Below are positions 54,844 through 63,545 of a stretch of 64,000 nucleotides of DNA, piece by piece. This DNA is from Peptococcaceae bacterium (GTDB lineage Bacteria; Bacillota; UBA994): the NCBI GenBank assembly GCA_018334055.1, contig JAGXSS010000107.1, positions 42,211-106,210 on the forward strand, given 5' to 3'. The notes below the pieces were generated by a model. It had not been told where the DNA came from. It saw only the letters and a list, made by a program, of their open reading frames with translations, and searched no databases. A program made the translations under genes and the position numbers. Position 1 is the stretch's first letter, and each line of letters opens with the position of its first letter.

Positions 54844-55800
54844 TTAACACAAACCGCGGCCTAATTGCATTCTGTCCGCGCCTAAAAGTGCTATACCCAC
54901 GGCATTATCACCGGCCAAATGGGGAGGGGCGAGGATGAATGCGAACCGCTTAAGCCTAGCCTGCAGTCGCCGGCGTATGTGGGTGTTCGCGGCAACCCCA
55001 CCGCATAATAGAACCTCACCGGCCTTCTCTTGGTGCTCCCGCAGAACTTTCTCGAGGGAGTTACTAATAGAACGGAAGACGCCAAGCGCCACCGCACCGC
55101 GTGGCACACCTTGGTCTAGCGCCCGCATCGCCATCGAGGCCGGACCCGAAAAACTAATCGTGCTCGCCTTTACAGAGGAGGTTATGGGGAACGGTTCAAG
55201 GCCTTCGTTTTCCCAAGTTGTGGCTAACTCATCCATCGCCACGCCACAGGGGAAAGCCAAACCCATGTGCACCCCCACACGATCAATAAATTGACCGGCA
55301 TGCAAATCACTACTCCGGCCTAGGTGAGAGATCATAAAGCCGCCCTCGGCCAACGGAGCCACGAATAATATGTCGGTAGTCCCACCCGAGATCTGTACCG
55401 CAAGAAATGGTTTATGTAAAGGCCACCTTGCGGATAGTGCTGCCCGGACATGGCCCTCTTGATGAGAAAACTCGAGCAGCGGGACGCCTAACACCGTCGC
55501 CACTGTTGCCGCAAAGGCTTGTCCCGCCAAGAAAACCGGCATATAGGAACACGCTATAGGGGATGGCCTGGTGGCCACAGCCACAGCACCAATGTGTAAG
55601 CCAGAGAACCGAGGCAGTTTGAGTAACTCCGGCCAGTTTCGCACATGTAAAAAGAGGGCATCAGATTGCCTGAGCCCAACTTCACCCTCACGGACTGACA
55701 ACAACATTCGGCTGTCAGCAAGCACTTCGCCCAGATCAGACACCAGTGCCGCCGAAGTAGTGTAATTACTGGTATCTATACCAAGAATGCCCCGGATCAT
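54844..55800 (-). CDS. Kae1/TsaD (glycoprotease, ASKHA) family paralogue
   Basis: GILGIDTSNYTTSAAL aligns to TsaD GIETSCDDT. A metal-binding HxEGH motif (SHQEGHVRAA) and CGGVAAN are present. The start at 55800 forms an ATGA overlap with the nusB stop. Confidence 0.65.
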   Translation of the reverse strand: MIRGILGIDTSNYTTSAALVSDLGEVLADSRMLLSVREGEVGLRQSDALFLHVRNWPELLKLPRFSGLHIGAVAVATRPSPIACSYMPVFLAGQAFAATVATVLGVPLLEFSHQEGHVRAALSARWPLHKPFLAVQISGGTTDILFVAPLAEGGFMISHLGRSSDLHAGQFIDRVGVHMGLAFPCGVAMDELATTWENEGLEPFPITSSVKASTISFSGPASMAMRALDQGVPRGAVALGVFRSISNSLEKVLREHQEKAGEVLLCGGVAANTHIRRRLQARLKRFAFILAPPHLAGDNAVGIALLGADRMQLGRGLC

Positions 55801-56216
55801 GTCTCTACCCATCCTAAGCTGCTCGCTACACTCCCCAAGATACCGTGTATGAACCGACTGGACTCGTCGGTACTGTACTCCTTGGCAAGCTCTAGTCCCT
55901 CATCAATCACTACGCCCACCGGTGTATCCGGAGCATTCAGCAGCATCTCGGCGATGGATAGCCTGAGAATAGCACGATCAACACGAGCCAATCTCTCCAG
56001 CGACCATTTTTCTGCGTATTCAGTGATCAAGGCCTCTGTCTTTTCCCATTTTTGCACTGCTTTAGCAAGCACTAAACGGGCGTATCCCTCATCTTTTTCC
56101 GTCAGGGTAGTTACTCCCAGTGCGTAGGACAGCGCTTCTAAAGCACTGAGCTGCCCAAATTCAAGTTGAAAAAGCGCTTGCAGTGCCGCTTCTCTCGCGT
56201 TGCGTCTGCTCACCAA
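55797..56216 (-). CDS. nusB: Transcription antitermination factor NusB
   Basis: ARRNAREAALQALFQLEF is the NusB signature N-terminus. Length is 139 aa. Confidence 0.9.
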   Translation of the reverse strand: MVSRRNAREAALQALFQLEFGQLSALEALSYALGVTTLTEKDEGYARLVLAKAVQKWEKTEALITEYAEKWSLERLARVDRAILRLSIAEMLLNAPDTPVGVVIDEGLELAKEYSTDESSRFIHGILGSVASSLGWVET

Positions 56217-56253
56217 AATGCCCCCTGTTCGTCGTTGTGAGCTAGCATGCCAT

Positions 56254-56280
56254 CAAAAAACCACCGCTAAACAGGTGGTT
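56254..56280 (-). terminator. Rho-independent terminator downstream of the DUF2273 gene (end of the asp23-amaP-DUF2273 unit)
   Basis: The minus strand reads AAAACCACCTGTTTAGCGGTGGTTTTTTGATGG. Confidence 0.65.
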
Positions 56281-56499
56281 TTAGTCAACCGGTGGTAGCA
56301 CTCGCTCTAAGAACCCACGAAAATCTTCGTCGCTATCAAAACGAGCACCGAGGTAGTAACCGATCACGCCGCAAACCAAAATAAAAACCGTTTGCCAAAA
56401 CCCAAAAATGATCAGCATCAAGGCAAAGGTCACACCTAAAGAAGCGCCGAGAATTCTACCCCGAAAGAGAGTCAATATTTTCCTTATTCTATTATCCAT
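56281..56499 (-). CDS. DUF2273 small membrane protein (Asp23/AmaP-associated)
   Basis: The 72-aa product has two TM segments and sits in the conserved asp23-amaP neighbourhood. Confidence 0.55.
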   Translation of the reverse strand: MDNRIRKILTLFRGRILGASLGVTFALMLIIFGFWQTVFILVCGVIGYYLGARFDSDEDFRGFLERVLPPVD

Positions 56500-56507
56500 G
56501 GCAACAC

Positions 56508-57041
56508 CTACTGCAACCTATGTTTTTGCGACGGGGACATTTCCACTACCAGCACCTTGACCCCAAGGACCTTTACCCCGGTACTTGATTCGAGGTTTTG
56601 CTTGACTTCCTCCTGCAACACTGATGTCAAGCTAGGTATGTGGCTCGTCTGACCAACAGACACCTCCAAGGAAATAAGCAACCCATCATTGCTAAGATGC
56701 ACCTTCGCCTTGGCGTGATGCACACCGCGCACATTCTGGGCGGTACGCAACGCTAAATTGCGCACGGCGCTTACAGCAATGCGCACATCACCTATCTCTC
56801 CTTGGTGTGTTATAGCCGCTTTTGACGGTCGATCTCGGCGAATCCCCGAGACTAAGAAACGCACGCTAAAGATAAAGAAAAAAACTGCCACTGGGACAAA
56901 TTCCCACCTCGTGAGCAAGCGCCCAAGCTCCATGTAGCCCCAGCCTGGGGGGAAATTGACGGATGCACCAACGATTAGGAGTGTGACTACGGCGACAGCC
57001 AGGGTGTACAAGGACAACATAATGCGATCAAAAATATTCAA
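56508..57041 (-). CDS. amaP: Alkaline shock response membrane anchor protein AmaP
   Basis: The 177-aa product has an N-terminal TM region and a C-terminal Asp23-like segment, and lies immediately downstream of asp23. Confidence 0.65.
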   Translation of the reverse strand: MNIFDRIMLSLYTLAVAVVTLLIVGASVNFPPGWGYMELGRLLTRWEFVPVAVFFFIFSVRFLVSGIRRDRPSKAAITHQGEIGDVRIAVSAVRNLALRTAQNVRGVHHAKAKVHLSNDGLLISLEVSVGQTSHIPSLTSVLQEEVKQNLESSTGVKVLGVKVLVVEMSPSQKHRLQ

Positions 57042-57065
57042 CGATTAGCACCCCCCTACCCTGCC

Positions 57066-57440
57066 CTACGAGATAGCTTCTTCTTTCAATTCTTGAATGA
57101 TTACCGATTGAACATGCACATTCACTTCTACAACTTGCAGTCCGGTCATGGTCTCAATTGCACTGCGCACGTTTTCTTGTACTCGCTGTGCAACTTCAGG
57201 CATTTTTACCCCATACTCGAGCACAATGTGCAAATCAACAATAGCTTCTCGTTCACCCACCGTAACTTTGACTCCCTTGGCAAGGTTACTATTACGGAGC
57301 ATCCCTACCAGAGAAACCCCACTCATACCTGCTACGCCGGGGACCTCACTGGCCGCTAAGCCAGCAATTGCCGCCACCACATCCGGCTCAATGCGCAATG
57401 TGCCCGCATCGTACAAGCCATGTTGGAGAGCTTTCTCCAC
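57066..57440 (-). CDS. Asp23/Gls24-family envelope stress protein (YqhY-like)
   Basis: The 124-aa product has the Asp23-family pattern (IAGLAASEVPGVAGM ... VDLHIVLEYGVKMPEVAQRVQENV). Confidence 0.8.
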   Translation of the reverse strand: MEKALQHGLYDAGTLRIEPDVVAAIAGLAASEVPGVAGMSGVSLVGMLRNSNLAKGVKVTVGEREAIVDLHIVLEYGVKMPEVAQRVQENVRSAIETMTGLQVVEVNVHVQSVIIQELKEEAIS

Positions 57441-57502
57441 AGCTAATCACCTCCTATAGGTTACGAGCTCATTATACCAGAAACTGCAAAGCTGTGGCAA
57501 CG

Positions 57503-58024
57503 CTATTTCCGAAAGCGCACGCGTATGTTCTGCAGCCTTACTCCGGCCACGGTGCGGATGACATCCGCCACCCCAAGGGCCTCCACCTGCGTAAGGCTCT
57601 CCGCCTTCACGATGGCCTCAGCCATGCCTTTACCGAAGAACACCACCGCATCACCGAATCCCTTGCCGACAATGAGGCGTTCGACCTGCAGCTCGGACTC
57701 CTGCAGACTACTGATACTAATCAGCTCCATTTGCGCCTTGCCGCGTGCTTCCACAGTGCTGTTCAAATTGCTGACAATCTCACGCAGGAGCTCAATGCGC
57801 TCGCTCCTCTCCCTAGCTCGCTCGAGGCGATGTTCAACAAAGAAATCCCGCTGGGGTGGGGTGACCGGGGCTAATACAGGCTTTACCTCCTGCTCCTGCA
57901 AAGGTTCTATTTTGCTAATCGAAAGTGGCAATGGAGCGAAGCTCGATAACGCATAGTACCCAATGCCGCCCACTAAACCTACGGTCAACAAAAATCGTGT
58001 TAACATTTTTTTGTCAATGAGCAC
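57503..58024 (-). CDS. spoIIIAH: Stage III sporulation protein AH
   Basis: It is the last gene of the spoIIIA operon, with a TM anchor plus a YscJ-like domain. Length is 173 aa. Confidence 0.8.
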   Translation of the reverse strand: MLIDKKMLTRFLLTVGLVGGIGYYALSSFAPLPLSISKIEPLQEQEVKPVLAPVTPPQRDFFVEHRLERARERSERIELLREIVSNLNSTVEARGKAQMELISISSLQESELQVERLIVGKGFGDAVVFFGKGMAEAIVKAESLTQVEALGVADVIRTVAGVRLQNIRVRFRK

Positions 58025-58036
58025 AGATTACACCTC

Positions 58037-58639
58037 CTATTTTCCTGTTAGGACCTGGACTTTATGCGCGGGTAACGACAAAATCGTCTGGGTCGCCTTG
58101 GTTAGCGTTTCTAGAAGACGAGGGTCGACAGCCCCACTGGCGATGACCAGCACCCCATTGATGCGGGGCATCAACTCCGTTGTCGTAACGACGCTATCAC
58201 CCCCCGTACCCCGAGACATAACCGGCTCTGATGAATGTGTTTCCTCCCTAGACACCGTTGTGACTCCGGCTACGTCTTTCTCCTCCGTAATCCTCGAGGT
58301 TTGCCGCACATTAGCCGCCAATTTAACTTCGGAGGTAGTGCCTAAAGTCAACATCACCCGGACTTGACCTGCGCCTTTTACTTGAGAAAGCATCTCCCCC
58401 AGTTGCCTTTCTAAGCTTAGCTGATATTGCTGAATACCGGTTAAGTCCGTTGGTGTTCCTTGCACAACTACCTTGGCACCTCCTTCGGGTGGAACATTAG
58501 CCGGCAAAAACATCCTGATGGTCACCAGCAGCAAAATAATCGCTAGAATCATCTGGGCCTTTTTACTTGCCGCTAGTTGATGGAGCGCGGTCGTCAGATT
58601 CGTGTCTAAGGCCAATGGGCGACTTTCAACCTTTGCCAC
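58037..58639 (-). CDS. spoIIIAG: Stage III sporulation protein AG
   Basis: The 200-aa product has a TM anchor and matches the SpoIIIAG family. Confidence 0.8.
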   Translation of the reverse strand: MAKVESRPLALDTNLTTALHQLAASKKAQMILAIILLLVTIRMFLPANVPPEGGAKVVVQGTPTDLTGIQQYQLSLERQLGEMLSQVKGAGQVRVMLTLGTTSEVKLAANVRQTSRITEEKDVAGVTTVSREETHSSEPVMSRGTGGDSVVTTTELMPRINGVLVIASGAVDPRLLETLTKATQTILSLPAHKVQVLTGK

Positions 58640-58652
58640 TAAAAATACACCC

Positions 58653-59189
58653 CTATCTAGTGAATTCTATTGCCATATGTGCAGGTTTTATGCCGTAGAT
58701 CCTCGCTAAGCGCTCGCTGAGTGCGGAGTGAATTTGCTGTTCCTCCCTACTTCCCGCCCCTATACCTTGGCGCAATTGCACCTTGAGCAGGACTCTGGTA
58801 GGCATGCCATAATGGGCACTGTCTTCTGCTTGCTCTAGTGTCACTTCGGCCTTTGCTTTAACCACGTCCTCGTGCTCTTCACTTAATTGTGCCACCCGGT
58901 TCTCTAAGACCAACTTATAGGTCAACCACGTCGATTGCAGTGAGAGTGGATCTAAGCTTTTTAGCCTGCGGCCCCCCATAACCTCGGCTGTAGCCAGCAT
59001 GGAACTCAGCTCGAGCTCATAATTGATGAAAGTATTGATCGGAGACAGGAGCAGCAGCAACAGCATCAACCCTACCGCATAATCAACATAGCGTTTTACC
59101 CCTCCGTTAGGCAGAGCAATGTCTACCACTAGGGTCAACACCAAGAGTACGACAATATCCTGCACCCACCCCCGCAAGAACACCATCAT
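58653..59189 (-). CDS. spoIIIAF: Stage III sporulation protein AF
   Basis: The 178-aa product has two N-terminal TM segments. Confidence 0.75.
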   Translation of the reverse strand: MMVFLRGWVQDIVVLLVLTLVVDIALPNGGVKRYVDYAVGLMLLLLLLSPINTFINYELELSSMLATAEVMGGRRLKSLDPLSLQSTWLTYKLVLENRVAQLSEEHEDVVKAKAEVTLEQAEDSAHYGMPTRVLLKVQLRQGIGAGSREEQQIHSALSERLARIYGIKPAHMAIEFTR

Positions 59190-59206
59190 CAGAAACGCAC
59201 CTCACC

Positions 59207-60394
59207 TCAACGAATAGATAAAGTCGCATTACCGGTACCAATGACCACCGTAATCAATATGAAAAACATGATGCCCACCGTGATTAAAGCGCCGGCGACC
59301 ACTGTGAGTATGCCGGCTAAATTAGTGAGCGCATCGGCCACAGGATTTACCCCCATGGGCTGAATAATTGCAGCAGCCAAACGGTAAATAAAGACAACAA
59401 CCAGCACTTTAATGGCAGGCATGGCGCAGAGAATAAATACCGCCAATAGTCCTGCAATTCCGATGCCATTTTTTAGGAGCAAAGACGCCCCAGCTACCGT
59501 TTCAAAAACATCGGCGAACAAACCACCGACCACGGGAACAAAATTTTTCACTGCATACTTGGCCGTGCGCAGGGCTATCCCATCCGCTACACCTGCCGCC
59601 GTCCCCTGAACTACACTCAGTCCCACAAAGACGGTAAATGACAATCCCATAATGGCTATGCTTACATCTTTGAGCAGGCTCGACAGCTTGCCGACCTGCA
59701 ATTTGTCCGAAAAACTATTAAGTAGCGAGAGTACTCCAGCAAAGTACAGGAGAGGCATAACCAGCGTGGCGACAATGCTGCTGACGGTCGTTGCGGTAGC
59801 CGCGATGAGAGGGTTCAAGAGGGCGGCAGAGCCAACCGCACCGAGCGATATCAAGAGAGAAAGCAGGACCGGCATCAGGCTATACATAAGACTGATCATC
59901 AGTTCGACAGAGTCGACCACATCCTGCGTCAGGAGGGAAAAACTCTGCAGAACCACTCCCACGAGAACTAAGAAACAAACGGCATAGGCGATATTCCCAA
60001 CATTAGCACCAAGACTGTCCTGCAACTTCTTCATCAGCGCGCAAAGGATGGCCAGAACAAGCAGTCTCCCGAGCAGCGATGTCTGCCTCGCCACTTCTCG
60101 AAAAGCAAAGCGGCTGAGGTTCGCGAGAATCTGCCGTGAATTTTGTCCCTCGCCCCCCCTGAGGCCCTCAATTATCCCGGTTATGCTGAGGTCAGGGACG
60201 AACCCAGCATATTCCTGTTCCAGAGACCGCAGCACCTCATCCATGGAGAATAGGTTAAGTTCGCTCATCTGTTGCCTTAGGATTGGGTCTAGGTCAAATA
60301 CTCGCGTGCGCGCCGCGGCAAGTGGGTGCGATTCTACCCAAAAAAATAGCAGGCATATAGTAAGTACGGCGACTAGCAAAATCCTCTGTTTCAT
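59207..60394 (-). CDS. spoIIIAE: Stage III sporulation protein AE
   Basis: The 395-aa product is polytopic with a signal peptide. Confidence 0.85.
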   Translation of the reverse strand: MKQRILLVAVLTICLLFFWVESHPLAAARTRVFDLDPILRQQMSELNLFSMDEVLRSLEQEYAGFVPDLSITGIIEGLRGGEGQNSRQILANLSRFAFREVARQTSLLGRLLVLAILCALMKKLQDSLGANVGNIAYAVCFLVLVGVVLQSFSLLTQDVVDSVELMISLMYSLMPVLLSLLISLGAVGSAALLNPLIAATATTVSSIVATLVMPLLYFAGVLSLLNSFSDKLQVGKLSSLLKDVSIAIMGLSFTVFVGLSVVQGTAAGVADGIALRTAKYAVKNFVPVVGGLFADVFETVAGASLLLKNGIGIAGLLAVFILCAMPAIKVLVVVFIYRLAAAIIQPMGVNPVADALTNLAGILTVVAGALITVGIMFFILITVVIGTGNATLSIR

Positions 60395-60405
60395 AACTAC
60401 CTACC

Positions 60406-60792
60406 TCACGGAATTAGTCTAAGCAATGTTTCTAATATCACAAGCACCAAAGGAACCGAGAGACCTAAGATGATGAGCTTGCCAGCTAATTCAACTTTTT
60501 GAGCAAGCGAGTTTTCCCCGGCATCCTTGCAGATACCTGCACCGAATTCGGCAACAAAGGCCACCCCCATAATTCTGAGCAGCGTATTCAAGTGCAAGCT
60601 CCCCACATCCGCACGCTCTGCTAACTCCTCTACCAGTTCTATTACTACTGCCATGCGACCGATGAGGGTCATAAGGAGCACAACCGACGCCACAACCACT
60701 AGCACCAGTCCCAGTTCCGGCCGCAGCTGCTTTAATAGCAGTGCCGCCATCGCGACCGCTAGCGCCACGATCACAAATTGAAATATTTCCAC
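60406..60792 (-). CDS. spoIIIAD: Stage III sporulation protein AD
   Basis: The 128-aa product is a membrane protein. Confidence 0.8.
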   Translation of the reverse strand: MEIFQFVIVALAVAMAALLLKQLRPELGLVLVVVASVVLLMTLIGRMAVVIELVEELAERADVGSLHLNTLLRIMGVAFVAEFGAGICKDAGENSLAQKVELAGKLIILGLSVPLVLVILETLLRLIP

Positions 60793-60793
60793 G

Positions 60794-60994
60794 TCAAAAT
60801 TGCATCAGAGTCTGTATCGCTTGAAATAGGGTGATAATCTGGTATACCAAAAATGTAAGCACCATAACCACCCCAGCAATCATGACGAGCCCGGCTGACT
60901 CCTTTCTATCCCAGCTATTCAATAGATTGTAGATTATCCCTAGTGCTAAAAGGAAGGCTGTTAACTGCATAATGACCCTAAAATTTAGCTCCAT
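60794..60994 (-). CDS. spoIIIAC: Stage III sporulation protein AC
   Basis: The internal ATG (MELNFRVIMQLTAFLLAL...) has a GAGGGGG SD, giving 66 aa with two TM segments. The track ORF is over-extended at the N-terminus. Confidence 0.75.
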   Translation of the reverse strand: MELNFRVIMQLTAFLLALGIIYNLLNSWDRKESAGLVMIAGVVMVLTFLVYQIITLFQAIQTLMQF

Positions 60995-61008
60995 ATTGAT
61001 CCCCCTCA

Positions 61009-61539
61009 TTACAAAATGACAATGACCACTACCACGCCGATGAGTATGCCGAGGAACTGCCACATCCGTTCGTTGCGGGCCGCTTCTTCCACCGCATTTA
61101 CATAAAGGGCCTCAAGTCGTCGGCAGGCGAGCAGGAGATGTCGCTCTTGGTCTTCTCTGTTGCTCACGCCGAGGACCTCTCCGAGCAACCGGAGCGCTTC
61201 TAGGTCAGCCCAGAGCAAGGCGGATGATGTCTGTAGGTAGGCTAGCCCCGTGGCCCAAGACTGTCGCACTGGCCTGAATTCGGCAATGCCCCGTCCCGTC
61301 AGCGCAAAAAATTCAGCTACGGGCTTGGCTTGTGACTGGCTGACATTTTCTAAAGCGACGGATAAGGGGGTAGCGGCGTAGACAATTTCGGTAACGAGCA
61401 TCTCAATCCCGGTTCGTAAGCTCTGTAACTGGCGAGGGCGGTCGCGATAGCTCTTAGCGATGATGAGCCCGACCATAGTTGAAGCGTAGAGAATTAGGCC
61501 GAAACAAGCTCCACTCAAGACCAAACTCCACATTTTCAC
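61009..61539 (-). CDS. spoIIIAB: Stage III sporulation protein AB
   Basis: The 176-aa product has the conserved RPRQLQSLRTGIEML. Its start overlaps the spoIIIAA stop. Confidence 0.8.
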   Translation of the reverse strand: MKMWSLVLSGACFGLILYASTMVGLIIAKSYRDRPRQLQSLRTGIEMLVTEIVYAATPLSVALENVSQSQAKPVAEFFALTGRGIAEFRPVRQSWATGLAYLQTSSALLWADLEALRLLGEVLGVSNREDQERHLLLACRRLEALYVNAVEEAARNERMWQFLGILIGVVVVIVIL

Positions 61540-62501
61540 CTCGAAATGAGCGGAGCGCCCACGAATTCCACTGTTCCTGGACCAGCGCGATTGCTCAAAA
61601 TTATGATACGCTGAAATAATTGCCTCTCCATCAAATCTCTAATCTGTGGGCGCTTAGTGACCTCTTGGAGATTGGCCCCATGGGCAGTAGCCAAGACCCT
61701 CACCCCCGCATTGAGCGCTTCTTCTATCGCCAATACATCTTCTGTCCGACCTATCTCATCTGTCACCAACACTTCAGGAGAGAGAGCGCGTAGGGCCATG
61801 AGCATACCCTGCGCCTTAGGACAGCCATCAAGCACATCAGTGAACATGCCAACGTCCAGTTGAGGTCGTCCTTGGTAGCAGCCCGCGATCTCCGATCGCT
61901 CATCTACAATACATACCCTCTTGCCACCATCACTCACCTGTCTGGCGATGTCGCGCAACAAAGTAGTCTTTCCCCCTTGGGGAGGGGACACCACCAAGAG
62001 GTGGTATGGCGCACCACATTGATCGAGGAGAGCTGGCAGCAGGCGGTCAGCACAGCCCAATACACTGCGGGCCACCCTTAGACAGATGCCCGAAATATCC
62101 TTTAAGCCCCGCACCTTACCTTCACTGTCCAAGAGAGCCTTGCCCGCAAACCCCACCCTATGACCACCAGGGAGGGTAATATAGCCCTGCTTCAGCTCTT
62201 CCTCGAAAGCATAAAGAGAACTCTGTGAAAATGCTGCTACTAAATGCTTGATGTCCGCACTGGTGGCCGTTATCGCATGCACAATCCCACCGCCCGGTCC
62301 CACACTCTGTAGTGGTCGCCCATCGCGAATGCGGAGCTCGAAGCAGAGAAGGTCGCGCAGCTGTTCGCGCCACGGCCCCGGCAAAAAACGCAGCAAGCTA
62401 GTCCATTCCGTGTCTAGTGTCTTGTCCATTATTCCATCTGCCCCCTTGTCTACATGATATGACGCCTGTACCCCCTTTAGGACTTTACTTGCCCAAAACA
62501 A
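61536..62501 (-). CDS. spoIIIAA: Stage III sporulation protein AA (secretion-type ATPase)
   Basis: Walker A LVVSPPQGGKTTLLRDIA and Walker B VLVTDEIG are present. Length is 321 aa. Confidence 0.85.
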   Translation of the reverse strand: MFWASKVLKGVQASYHVDKGADGIMDKTLDTEWTSLLRFLPGPWREQLRDLLCFELRIRDGRPLQSVGPGGGIVHAITATSADIKHLVAAFSQSSLYAFEEELKQGYITLPGGHRVGFAGKALLDSEGKVRGLKDISGICLRVARSVLGCADRLLPALLDQCGAPYHLLVVSPPQGGKTTLLRDIARQVSDGGKRVCIVDERSEIAGCYQGRPQLDVGMFTDVLDGCPKAQGMLMALRALSPEVLVTDEIGRTEDVLAIEEALNAGVRVLATAHGANLQEVTKRPQIRDLMERQLFQRIIILSNRAGPGTVEFVGAPLISR

Positions 62502-62531
62502 AAAACGCCCCGACTGGGGCGTTTACAGGAT

Positions 62532-62798
62532 TCATGGCCTGACGCTCATATAGACTTCATCGTATTCAACTTCGTCTGGTAAATCATGACAAGCACCGCA
62601 TTGATCTATTAACTTACTAAATTCCTCAAAATTTTCTATAGTAAACTCCGCAAGGAGTGTAAGGCAGGCGGTCGTTTCAACAAGGAGAGCATCCTTTTGA
62701 TTTCTGCTTTCTTCCGCCTGACAAGCGACGGCCGAATTTAATCGCCGGATACGGCTCATGAGTTCCTTGGTGCGCAAATGTAGCAAGTACCTGTCCAC
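62532..62798 (-). CDS. Hypothetical small Cys-containing protein (position of yqhV upstream of spoIIIAA)
   Basis: The 88-aa product has no TM segment and contains CQ...C...CGAC. No family is recognised. Confidence 0.4.
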   Translation of the reverse strand: MDRYLLHLRTKELMSRIRRLNSAVACQAEESRNQKDALLVETTACLTLLAEFTIENFEEFSKLIDQCGACHDLPDEVEYDEVYMSVRP

Positions 62799-62868
62799 TC
62801 TTTGCCTCCCGCTTCACATTCCTGCCTAGTCTGCCCCGGCAACTCCAGGGTGATACCGAGAGATTAGC

Positions 62869-63390
62869 TCATTGTTCGATGCCATCTTGCGCCGGAATGC
62901 CTTTTCGCCAGTGGTGGCGCACTTCCCGCACCTCACTGATCATATCGGCAATATCCTCCACCAAGCTAGGCAGACCTCGGCCCGTGAGCACTACCGTCAT
63001 CTTTTTGTTTCTCTGTTTGACCGCATCCACCAGTAAAGCGGCAGGCACCAGCCCTAAAGACATGGCTACATTGACCTCATCTAATACTAAGAGGTCTAGG
63101 TCAGTCCCGAGCAGCTCGACCACGGTCAGAAAACCCTCCCGAGCGAGTCGTTCGTCCTCTGGGTCGGGGCTATTCGGGTCAACGAAGACATCTCGCCCAA
63201 AGCGGAAAATTCCGACCTCAGGTATGTACCGGCTGAGTGCTTCTACCTCTCCCGTCTGCTGTCCCTTCATAAATTGCACGAAAGCAACTTTGTGTTTGTG
63301 CCCCACTGCTCTAAGTATCAAACCCAGTGCGGCGGTAGTCTTGCCTTTGCCATCACCCGTGTAGACCATGACAATGCCTTTATGCTCCAT
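62869..63390 (-). CDS. cobO: Cob(I)yrinic acid a,c-diamide (corrinoid) adenosyltransferase, CobA/CobO/BtuR family
   Basis: It has the P-loop-like MVYTGDGKGKTTAALG. Length is 173 aa. Confidence 0.8.
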   Translation of the reverse strand: MEHKGIVMVYTGDGKGKTTAALGLILRAVGHKHKVAFVQFMKGQQTGEVEALSRYIPEVGIFRFGRDVFVDPNSPDPEDERLAREGFLTVVELLGTDLDLLVLDEVNVAMSLGLVPAALLVDAVKQRNKKMTVVLTGRGLPSLVEDIADMISEVREVRHHWRKGIPAQDGIEQ

Positions 63391-63545
63391 CTTCTTTCCT
63401 CCTCATCCCCTGTTACAAGTTCCACCAAGCATACATACTCTCGCCGTGATATTGCAGTTTGATGACAAGTAAAGCAACTCCAAAGGGATATGCCTATATA
63501 TAGCGAAATAGACAGGGTGATACATCAATGAAAGGGGTTTTTTCA

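Noticed and set aside
63391-63545. Possible cobalamin riboswitch upstream of the corrinoid adenosyltransferase gene
   Set aside because: There is no B12-box (GCCACTG-like) or conserved riboswitch core, and the spacer is only 155 nt and shared with the divergent pgm promoter and SD.
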